A stretch of DNA of 64,000 nt. Origin: Tubulanus polymorphus. Lineage: Eukaryota > Animalia > Nemertea. Within the stretch, counting starts at the first letter, position 1, and every line of letters starts with the position of its first letter. Below the pieces are notes generated by a model. The model had not been told where the DNA came from, did no database searches, and saw only the letters and a program-made list of their open reading frames with translations. The translations under genes were made by a program, and so were the position numbers. Positions 13,402 to 25,000 of the stretch are shown piece after piece. The stretch is taken from assembly GCF_964204645.1 (NCBI RefSeq), contig NC_134031.1:16727807-16791806 (forward strand). The letters are read 5' to 3'.

Positions 13402-16400
13402 ATGCCACGAGTAAAAAGAAAAGTCGACGATGTTGACAACGGTCCGACGAAAAAGGGTAAAGCAAATAAAAACGGTGACAAGGAAGCCGATCAAAACAGT
13501 GGTGATTGCATTCTAATTCAAGATGTTCCCCCTGAATTATTGATAAACAGCGAAGCTCAACCAGAAGTTGTCGCCAAAAAAGTGGTAAGCTTCACAGTAT
13601 GAAGTCTAACGTTACTTGATGAAGAGAATTACTATTGTCAGAATTCTATTTACGTTCGCCTCATTTCATACTGAATATCATGAACAAACACAAACATTAT
13701 TTTTTGAAATGCCAAATTTCTCCAAAAAGGGCCAAATCCACTCCACTTCACTTGGCTACACTGCCTGGGGCCTTTATGAATAATAAAAAAAGGCTTTTAA
13801 GATTGCTAAGGACTAGATCTCGGCATGGAAATTCAGTGCGAACTAGGCCTATGCGGCTATGAAGTAAAAATTTAAAGAATATTTTTGATTAATTAAAAAG
13901 AATGATACAAATGCCCCAAAAAAGCAATTAGGGGAAACTTGTTCTCGAATACTCCAAAATGCTAAATGAACTAAAATTCACAAAATTGCTCTGCAGTGGA
14001 GACCAGTAGTGAGATGCCTGCAGGCGCGATATCATGATATTGCTTATAAGATACCGGGGACCATGCAGGGAAGTGGGGATCAATGATGAATTGGACTATA
14101 CCGCTACCCCCTTGGCCTTGAACTTGAATCTGCTCAGCGACCAGTGTAGCCCTAATATTGATAACATCATGCACATTTGACTCATACCCCCTAAATAATG
14201 CATTTTAGTTATCTATGGATTTAAGCATTATTGTAACAATTTTTATGGCATCAAAATAGAAGTTCAGCCTGACTCAACAATCTCTCTTTTGGTTTGACAC
14301 TCTAGTATTTATTTGCTACACAAAAATCTCTTCATCTGAATAAATGATTTGTTTGTTGTATTGATTGCAGGTGAACTTCGCCCCGACCAATCACGGGCAG
14401 GTATTATTCACTGGTGGAACTAACTGGGATCTGATTGGACGGAAAGTCACAGCCAAAACCAGTACGTCTATTTTATTTCAACGTAAAATTTTAGCATCAG
14501 CCTCAGACTGAAAAATATATGTCAGGGATGCGATTGATGTGATAAATTTGAAAAATCTTTCTTATAAGTTTAAATATCTGTGGAAAATTTACAAATTTGT
14601 GTGAAATTTTATTTTCAGAAAATCTGTGCTGCAGAATGTTCTTTCTGTTTAACATTTAGAAGCACAGAGGGCCTATGCATGTATCCCTTGTGCTCCTCTT
14701 CATTTAGGCGTATATATTTGGAACTTGAGTCCTTCGATTTCATATACAGGTCCCTATCACTCCTTAAGCTCCTTACTAAATAGAAAACGCTAAATAGAAA
14801 CACCAATAAAGGTGCTTTGAATCTCCCTTAATTTGAGCAAAATGCTTCTGTATAAAGGACCCTGATATACCATGATGGGTTTGCTTCTTATCGTGGCAAC
14901 TGAACACTGTTTTAAGCGCCAGTTTTACTGCTGGTTTTGTCGCACAATACTCAGTTGACTGAAACGCCGGTGAAAGGTTTTAAAAAACGTAAAAACTGGA
15001 TGTGAAAATATGTGAATTCCACATAAAAGTGTTAATTAAATGTCATTGTAATTTATTTTCTTAGGCCTCAAAGTTGGGGGCGGTCCAAATCTTTTGGGGC
15101 CGCATCGATTGTCGACTATTGAAGATTTAGAAGTTCACACGGTTATATCAGGATGTGTGGCCTGTCACAGTGTCGCAATAACTAACAATGGAGCAGCCTA
15201 CACTTGGGGTAAAAGAAATAAATTCAATCTTATTATGCGTCCAGATTATTCAGTTGTAGTACTAATAATCTCTTGAACTTTTATGTAAATTTTGATCTAG
15301 GAATTTAAAGTTTAATATGACGAAAACCCTACGGTAAACCTCGCCTTACTCGGACATGTGCAACTCAGACTTTCAACTCTGACAAAAATGAAATCAATTT
15401 TGTCATTTCCAAACTAACCTTTCCTATCTTTAACTCCGACTTTGCTAACCTTGGACCAATTTTACCAGTACCCGACCAAGTTTACCAGCCCCATACCAGT
15501 ACCAGTCCCAAATTTAAAAGATTTATGACGATGATCTCCGAAGAGATACTGATATGTTGTGTCTTTTATTTTAATTCTCGATAAAAAAATTTTTAATGAC
15601 CCTTTTCAGTTTGTTTTGGCCTATAGTGGGTTTCAATCTCATTTTCTATTCTCCACACCCGAGTTTTGGCTATTTTCCTAAATAGTTGTGAATATCAAAC
15701 GGGAATTTTCGAAGATTGTGAGTAAACCTTTGTTACGCATACGGTAACTTCTTTCAGGACGGAATGAAAAAGGTCAAGTCGGCAACGGAACCATCAAAAG
15801 AGTCGATGAACCAACGTTGTTGAGTTCGATGGAATCGGTAAAATTTGTCTCCGCCGCGTGCGGAAGAAATCACACATTATTATTGACAGGTAAGTGAACA
15901 AAACTCGTTAATTCTTTTAATCATCAAGGAAACACAGACACAATTTTCAATTATTTAATTCTCGAGTAACATTTTAACCTATAAATCTGTGGAACCCGCG
16001 ATGACATCGACGATTCTTATTTATGTTTTTTTAGATACGGGGGAAGTTTATGCAATGGGAGATAATAAAAACGGTCAACTCGGGATCGGAAGCAACTCCG
16101 TCGAAACAGTTCTGACACCTAAAAAGGTAAATTCCACAGTTCTATCCGCGTCTGAATCTTACAGTTGACCCGAGGAAAAGATTAATTTCGTTTTTAGTTG
16201 TCTTTTTGTTGATGACTTATCCGAATGATGACTTACTTTTAGTTATTGCAATTAGAAATTGGGACATAAAAATAAAGACTAATTAAGTGACTTGATGTTT
16301 CAACGGATGACACGTTTACCAAATTCCACTGTAATTCATTTTGTTTAATTCAGATTGATTATAGTGGACACCCGATTGCTAAGGTCGCTTGTGGTGCCGA

Positions 16401-19400
16401 GTTTTCGATGATACTCGATGTAAAAGGAAATCTGTATTCTTTCGGTTTGCCCGAATACGGACAATTAGGTAAACACCGTTTCGCGAGAAATCTTGGCTAA
16501 AATGAAAATCGTTTTTCACTTCACAGTCGTCCATTCTTTCTTTAAGGGCATAATACGAACGGTGAATATTTCGTAACGGCGAGCAGGATGGGTTTCGCTA
16601 GCGAGCTGCGTCCGAGAAGAGTTGTCATATTCATCGAGAAAAGTCGCGACGGTCACGTGACACCGGTGAAAGATGTGACGATAACGGATGTTGCATGCGG
16701 GGCTAATCACACGGTATGTACGTCAGTCAACGTCGAGTTTTTAGCGTGGATTACGCGATGATGCGCAGAGTATTTCTCCTACGAATTAACAGCAATCAAT
16801 AACAAAAATGCCGAAGCTGCATAATATCTGGTTTATAGATGTTTAAATTGCCTTCTTATATATCATGTGGTTACAATTAAAGTCACTTGAAACTAGGCAC
16901 CGTCATTACCGGTAAATGAAGGAGGTCAAACAGTTGGCTCCTATTATATTCTCAGATTTATATGTACTACACTTTTTACATGTACTACACTGGTCTGTCT
17001 TCATACACGCTGTTATAAGTTTTTTCTCCACAAATTTATATACCTGACGGATGACACATAAGGTTTTAGGTAGAAATTGAAAAAAAAATGGGGACGGAAT
17101 AAGTCGAGATGTGGATTTTATTATGTAGGAAGAATTTTGCGGCACAAATGTTAAAAAAAGAGGATTACATTAGTTAGAAATAGGAGCACTATAAATGTAT
17201 ATGCACAGATAAAGCAACTACATTGTACTATACGGTTTAACCGAGAATAGATCAACCAAGCTTGACTTCTCTATCCTTTCAATAAGTAAATGCTCCTAGA
17301 CCTTATATGAAAGTAGGTACTACTATTTCAAGAGCTCAACAACGACCAAAATTTAACCAAAATTTATGGTAAAACTCACAAAATCAGAATGATTTCTGTT
17401 TGTTTTCGATTAAACTAAAACTACTACAAAGAGAGACACCAAGGTAGTCTGTTTTTGTGAAACTTTATAAAGTTCATCAGTTCTTTTATTTGTACATTCC
17501 TCTTCTTTGTTATTAACAGATTGCGATTGATGCGAAGAAGCGACTGTATTCGTGGGGTTTCGGTGGTTACGGTCGGCTGGGTCATTCGTCGCCGAAAGAC
17601 GAAATGGTGCCGCGTTTGTTGTCGTTTTTCGATCGCGCGAAGATGGGTGCCGTCAAAATCGCGGCGGGAACCGCGTTCAATCTGTGCCTCAACGAACTAG
17701 GTATGAACCATTCGCATGAAAAATGAATACATTTTAAACCTAGAGATTTCTCTGATTTACTTGAGTTAAGGGGAGTCTGCTGTATTTTGGATTTGGATAT
17801 TTTTCATCACGTTTCAATCAATGCGCGGCTATTCGACTAATCCCTGACTATTGAAAATTGTAGGTTGTTTGTATCAATGGGGTCAGACTAAATCAGCAGG
17901 CGAAGCAATCATGTATCCTAAACCGGTGAATGATCTCGCTGGTTGGATGGTCAAAAAGTTTTCCTGCGGGTGAGTAAACAGTTTGAATGATAAGCAAAAT
18001 ATGTTTGTGGATTGCCACAATTTTGCTTCAATGACAGAGCTGCGAACTGTTCCTGATTTTCGGTACTTGCTACTTTTTCATTCTGAGAAACACTGATCTG
18101 ATTTGTTTGAAATATGAAATATGTGTAAAGAAATATGAAAGATGTTACTGATGGCCTTAGTGTTGACTACTGATTTATATGAACATTTTCTTTCATATTT
18201 CAATGAAATGTTCAATTTGGTACTGATTGCGCTTTTCAGAGGTTGACATCCCTGCAATGTTGGTTTTCATGATTTTGAATTTGTCAAGTTTTCCGCTTTT
18301 GTAGGAGTCGTTCAATGATAGTTCATGCGGATGACAGCATTATCAGTTGGGCTCCAAGTCCCACGTACGGAGAACTGGTTCGTAAATTTTAATAACTTTT
18401 CTACCCCATTAGATAATTCATATTCAATTTACCTTACTAAGCGCATTACCTTACTAAGCCATGGTAGCCATCGATACTTTTTGGGGCGTGTTTATATCGT
18501 CACGAATTCTATTGATCTTCGCTCGATTCTATACTGGTCTGTCAATATTCTGACAGAACACCTGTTCTCATTGTTTGCCACTTGATTTGTCAAATACTAA
18601 CACTGTGCATAGATTGCCTGATGCACATGCTCGATGATAAGTGCCACTGTTATCAAAATACACTGGAGTGTGCTATTGCAAATAGAAAATCAACCTGTTT
18701 TTAACAACTACGTTAAGCGTTTTATTTGTCGCTTCTATGGTAACTTTTTAAATTCTCCTAGTTATTCCAGTAGAAGCGGCTTCATCGTGTACTCGGTTGT
18801 TCTTTTTAGGACATTTAATTTTCAGAAGTTATAATTTCTGTGAGATATAAATTTGTTTAAGACCCGTATGAGTAATCCTGCGACATCAACTGAACTGAAC
18901 TATATGATGAAAACCCACTATTTACAGATTAAGTATAAAAACCGATAATTTATTGAATCAAAAAATATATGTTAAAAGACACAACGTTTCGATCTCACAC
19001 CTGATGAGGATCTCTAGGTTGAGTACGAAAGTCGTGTCTTTTGATATATTTTTCGATTCAATAAATTATCGGTTTTTAATCTTGTAAATATAGGGTTTTT
19101 ATTACCGGGGTATATCGTCTTCTCTCGACGTTTGATTGTGGCTATTCTACCATGAACTGAACTATACTCGGTATAGGTCGCTGGGTTACTATTTCAGGGG
19201 CGAAATCTGGGGTTAACAACTCGGCCGTGTTTTACGGTAACCGAAAAACAAAACGTCTAAATGTTCGATATCAAGCGCCGTTTATTTTGATTTGTAGGGT
19301 TACGGCGAACATAAACCGAAGTCATCGACGATGCCGTTGGAAGCGAAACCTCTCACCGGACTGAAAATTCTAGACATCGCCGCCGGGTTCGGGCACACGT

Positions 19401-19474
19401 TGTTCGTCGTCAGCAAAGAGACGGACGAAGACAAAGAATTGCTGGAGAAACTTCCCGTATTCAAGAGTACTTAG
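13402..19474 (+). CDS. RCC2: Protein RCC2 (TD-60), RCC1-repeat beta-propeller, multi-exon
   Basis: ATG 13402 with a basic N-terminus. The exon at 14371 has GQVLFTGGTNWDLIGRK (RCC2 signature). RCC1 repeats include YTWG|RNEKGQVG, ACGRNHT, ACGAEFS..SFGLPEYGQLG, YSWGFGGYGRLGH and SWAPSPTYGEL|GYGEHKPKSST. Ends LEKLPVFKST* at 19474. Confidence 0.92.
18910..19100. repeat. Long palindromic element with a hammerhead-like core; relatives at ~28438-28626 and ~29640-29795
   Basis: Arms aaaaccgataatttattgaatc..aaaagacacaacgtttcg and cgaaagtcgtgtctttt..gattcaataaattatcggttttt; centre CTGATGAG..CGAAA. Confidence 0.65.
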
Positions 19475-19969
19475 TCGGTGAGTGAGTGAGTGAAAATCAC
19501 TGTGAGAATCGCGGAGAATTCAAGCATTCCACACTACCTCAAACACAGCTCGCGTGCAATGCTTCGGAAACTTAAAACGTCGACTTCGATGGTCGAAATT
19601 CGGGTATCGTGGACGTCATGTATATACCGGGTATATATACCCTGGGGACATTCGCAGATATTTCTACCTCAGTTTATTCGTGGAGGTTGTCGTGCGTGCA
19701 ATGTCGCCGATTGTTGAAAATATAAGTGTTTCGAAATCGGGAGGATTAATTGATTGATCGTAGAAACGATCGAGCGAGATTTCAACGTGCATTTAAAACT
19801 AGGAAGTTGCTGTAGGGGAAAACTGGGATAAATCACTTCTTTACGATGGATGGAATAGGGTTTTAGGGGGAATATGATTGATTACAATGTGACAACGTCA
19901 GCTCTTACCGAAAATCGCATTTACGGTATGTGAGGCTTAACCCTAGAAGTTCTGTTGCCCAAAATGGTG

Positions 19970-20265
19970 CATCCTCCCTCGGCAGGGAATCAAACCTGAT
20001 GGCATGGCTATAATCAGCCACGGTTGACTGGGCGCACCGCTTTGCCACACGAAAACTTGCGGCACCAATCAGATTGCTTGTTGTATAATCGCTGAGGCAA
20101 ATTTCACGGCGGAACTATAAATGGGAAAACCCGGGCTAAAATAAAACAGGATTCTGATTGTCTAATAATGATATCATCTAAGCTGCACACTCGGTCTAGT
20201 GTGGCAGGGTTTCGCACCGTGGCAATCTCGATGCCATCCGGTTCGAATTCCTGCCGGGGAGGATG
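19970..20265. mobile_element. Mutator-like foldback MITE with 9-bp TSD in the probable RCC2 3'UTR
   Basis: Imperfect TIRs catcctccctcggcaggga.. and ..ttcctgccggggaggatg are flanked by an exact AAAATGGTG direct repeat (19961-19969 and 20266-20274). Confidence 0.8.
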
Positions 20266-21162
20266 AAAATGGTGTTAGTATCAGTACTTTGAGAAATATT
20301 ACTAAGCAATTATCTATAAGAAATCTCTATGCGATATATGTACGCATATTGTAGAGAAAAGTGTTAGTTTAGTTTAGTTAGGATAAGATCCCGAGTCGTA
20401 AGTTATCATTTTATCTTATATATATACAGAGAGTTGATGATATTAAGTTGGCAAAATTCAATTCTTGTCTGCCTAATCTTAATCTAATTTAACTAATGAA
20501 AAAGATCTTTCAAAGTAAACTACTACACGGATATATTTATTCAAGCTAGAGGATGATCCAGGATGTCATTTGCAGTTTCTTTCATGACTTACATTTCGTT
20601 TTAAGACGGGCGCATTCGTTAATTTTTTGTGCTCTTCGAAATTACCGCATCTTAACTTTTTACTTATCGTTTCATATTTAAACTTTTTTTTGTTTTTTCG
20701 AGAAAAAAAACCACTTTTTTGCATTTTGATTGTTTATTAGTAAGTGTTCGATGTTATGTCGTCTGGTGAAAGTGTGCAAATATTATATACATATGATATT
20801 TTTTTGTACCTGTATAGTTTTAAAATCTTGTACTGGCCATAAATATCTATATACATAAATATCACCTGTAATTGACTTGTAAATAATGTTTTTTTTTTGG
20901 AATAAAAACCAAATTCTGTAAAAATTAGATTAAGTGTAGTTAGGGTTGTTTGACTGATATTTCTGAAGGCTGATAAATATTCACAGTTTCAAATGAGAAT
21001 TTAATTAGAAAATTCCTCAGCAGTCAATAACTGCGCGATGCTGCATTCGATTTTAATTGGACAAAAAGATGATTGGATCATGGCACAGATTCTAGGGTCA
21101 TTCTAAGAATGCTTTGTATTGTCTTAAGAGGATCGAAGGACAAATGGTCTATAGGATGTAAT

Positions 21163-21406
21163 GGGGTGGTCGCTTGCCTGGAAATCGGGAAATTTTCTTA
21201 TGTTCAAGGAAATTCAGGGAATTTTGTATGAAAAAGCTAAAAGTCAGGGAAATTCGTTGAGATTGCTAGATCGGGTGTAAAGTCAAACAGTTTCCATCTA
21301 TGTCTTACATATTTGACTTAAATTGTTTGGATTCTTAGCAGATCAAGTCATGGAAAACAATGTACACGTCGGGAAATAGTCTGGGAAAAATAAAAGTTGC
21401 CACCCT
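21163..21406. mobile_element. MITE family with CAGGGTGGC-type ends; further copies at ~1-250, ~32805-33037 and ~42757-43025
   Basis: Shared internal sequence (gagattgctagat..gtgtaaa.tcaaacagtttcc.tctatgtctta..ttctta.cagatcaagtca.ggaaaacaatgt) occurs in both orientations; ends are gggtggtc and gccaccctg. Confidence 0.7.
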
Positions 21407-22004
21407 GTGTTACTTACACAATCAATGTTTTTATGGAGAAACTCTTGGATGACGATGGTGCATGGTAATGGTATATTTATTGGCGAGGCTACAAGTCTAT
21501 TGGATAAACAATGTTTATCATCTCTCCTGCGTAGCTGGTCTTATGACGGTGAGCTCGTGTACTGAACCATTCTCTACATTCTGTTATATATAGCTCTTGA
21601 GAGTAGCAATCATACTACCTCATACTGTATTATCAGTTGCGATGCTTCTCGTTCGATAGAAACATATGTTTCCTTTAAAAAGTGAGGAATTTAGCCGTTA
21701 AAAGTTTCTTCAATGCACAGGTATACGGATGGTAAGTTTCATTCATGCACCGATTTCAATTCCGGCGAAATTTCAGACATTTTAATTGCGAAACATTTTG
21801 TGTGCAATTTATATCTATAGTTAGGTCGCTGAAGTTGCCTTAAAAAAGAGGATTATCGTAAGGACTCGCTGAACTCGGAGAAAAGTCCATGAGGATTATA
21901 CGCGATAGACTGTTTATGCTAGTAGCTTCTATTAGAGGATGCAGTGCTGTGAGTAGAATAAAGTACCGATAGAGTTGAGAAAACGCGAAAGAAGTATTGG
22001 TAAA

Positions 22005-25000
22005 ATGGCCGATGATATGAAATCCGAGTTATTGTGTCCGATCTGTTTGGATTTATACAAAGTACCCATAATTTTGCCGTGTTCGCATATACTGTGTCAC
22101 GAGTGCACGAGTCAGTTGTTTAATCAGAACTTCGTGAAATGTCCGGTTTGTCGCGATCGCTCGTACGTGACCGGCGGCGTCGATACGCTACCGCGCGTTA
22201 TAACCCTCGAAAATATCATACACCGAATTCACCACGGATCGCTGAGCGAAGACGCGTCTACGCGAAGACGAGACGACAGCGGCGGCTCGACCGACGACGA
22301 TCGTGACGAAGCTAGCGACGCTACGATCTCGTGTCAGATGTGCGACGGTAAAACGCCGCGTCGCGCTAAACGGTCGTGTCAGGATTGTAACGCGTCGTAC
22401 TGCTCGGATTGTTTGCAGATATCGCATCCGGCGCGGCCGCCGTTTACCGATCATCGGCTGATCGAACCGTCGTTGCACCCGCGACCGAACGACGCCGTCT
22501 GCACCGAACATAAAGAAAAAGGGAAAGTTTATTGTTCTGATTGTAAGCAGTTAGCGTGTATCGTCTGCGTGGAGTTACGCGTGCACGAAAATCACCAGTT
22601 ATTGTCGCTAGAACAGGCGTTCTTGATGACTAAGGTAAGAAATCTATTTCCTTCAATTTTTCTTATTTCGCTTGGCTTAGAAATTTTCTGCAGCAATTTC
22701 AAGTTCATTCAAGCTAAGTATGAATGAGCGTTAGTTAGTTACCTAATTGTCGTTGGTAGTAAGCTTTTATAATCGAATGGGCTTCGTGAAAATATGCAAT
22801 CGTGAAATTAAACCACAGACCAAGGGACTGACAATAACGAGCAAAAACCACGGTTCATTATTTAACGGTTAATTCTGACAGCTTCGACAGCTTTTGACTA
22901 CTAAACTTTTTTATCAGAGTAATGAAAAAATTGAGTTTCTCTCATTATGAAATTTAGTCAAAACTTTGAAACGTATACCAGTAGAGCAAACTGTTATTTC
23001 ATCAACTGTGGGGTTTGCTCATCAATTCTGTACTGATATTAATAACAGTCTACCTGTCATTAAAGCTATGTATGTTTTGATCTTTTATAATCTTTATCCG
23101 ATCTATGTTGTCATCACGTAAACATTGGCTGAGCATATTTTATATTTAAAGAAAATCACATTTGATTTCGCTTTATTTCAAGATCAGAGGCGATAAAAAG
23201 ACTTTCAAGTATTGGTTTTTACGGCTTGGAAGTGATCAGATCTCTATCATACATGCACTTTTATGAATGGGAAAAAAAGCTTGCCAAGGTGAATGTACTA
23301 TCTTTGTCTTTTCAGGAAGTTGTCACTGAAAATCTGAAGAAATTAGATTCTGTACATATTTCAATCACCGATGCAGTATCCAGACATCAGGAACAACTTA
23401 CAGAATTACAGGTAAGAAAAATATCAGATTTTCAGTTACCAGTAAAAAATTTTTACAGAATCTAAGAATATGAGCAGGAATCAAAGTTATTGGTTGAGAT
23501 ACTCGAGTACTCAGCAACTCTCCCAGGTAACCCGGAAATAATGCACTGCATCATTAACTTGGCTTTCATCCAGTATATAATACTTAATAAGCGCCTTGTT
23601 CTTCTGCCAATTACGTAAAACACTTCCAGCCGAGCTTCCCTGTTCGTATGATTATGTTATTGGCGTAATTTTCACCAACGGAAAGCTAATAAACAATTTC
23701 AAAAAATGCAGCAATTTTCCCTAAATTATATAGGCGCAGTAACTATTCTTAATCAATAGTTTCTCTTGAAAAATGCAGATTGCCTTCTATATGAATGTAT
23801 GATACTGTATGTACATAATGGTAGTCTTAAATCGGGGACAGTTGGATATTTGATTCTATGCTTAAGCAAATTCTTGAAAGATGCTTCTTTATCTATTATT
23901 CATTTTATCATATACGATTAACAGGTTTGATTTTATCATAACATTGATATTGTTATTGTAATGGATTATTGATTATGATTATCGTGATAACTACATTATA
24001 TCATATTATTTTCATCTTTCTTATTTGCTTATTGTTGATATCAGCACTGTCATTGTCATCTTTTTGTAAATCATCCTAAGGCAATGGGCCTCCACTCGAG
24101 TACAACCTCCTGGATTGTCCATTGTCCTTTCCCTTTTTACGCACACATTATCTAATAATACTTTATTTATAGAATTGTGTATAGGTTTGTTGTTATATAG
24201 CAGATGAATTAAGAAATATCATTATTATTACCAAATCGACAGCCACCCCACAGCCACCCCTCCTCCCTGACAGTACATTGTTTTCCCAATTTCTTATTCT
24301 TCTGGGCCTGGTTTTAGACTAGGATTATCTTTAACCGAGGGGTGAACTCAATTGATAATGAATTAGTTAAAGTTGATACTGGGGCCCTGGTCTATTGATT
24401 TAATCTGTTTGATTCACGCAGAAATACGTAAAGTATTGATGATGATTTTGATATTTTCTATTTTCGATAGAAAATGTTCCTGTATCGTAAACCAGATATT
24501 GACTTCTTACCTAAAAAAAAAATCTTACCTATAAAAAAAGTACTGCAAAGGTTGACAGCCTAGTAAACGTTTTTTGTTAGATGCGTCTGTTTTTTCGTGT
24601 ACAGGTGTCGGTTGAGACTCGTCGACAGAAGATCAATCGAGAATGCGATTCATTGATCAGAGAAATCGAGAATAAACGCAGTTATTTCATCGCCGATCTC
24701 GAATATGAAAATCGCAGTAAAACCAACGCCATACAAGACATACAGAACGAATATAAAATCCACTGCACCAAGGTGACTAAACTTGTCCATGTGCGCTAGT
24801 TCCTCTCCGTCCCTGTCCTTAGAAATGATATATCATAAATGTAGATTTGCAATTTGTGGCCGGGTTAAGACAAAAACCGAAATAAGACAAAGCGAACTTG
24901 GATTTATGATTGCCTTCTATTTCTGGTAGTTGTTACCAGTATTTATAAGAGAACGATAATTCTGTGCTGCTTACAAATTCGAAGTAATAAATGGATTCAC

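Noticed and set aside
14075-14160. Possible C/D snoRNA in RCC2 intron 1 (ATGATGA)
   Set aside because: No suitably placed CTGA D box, terminal stem or recognisable rRNA guide.
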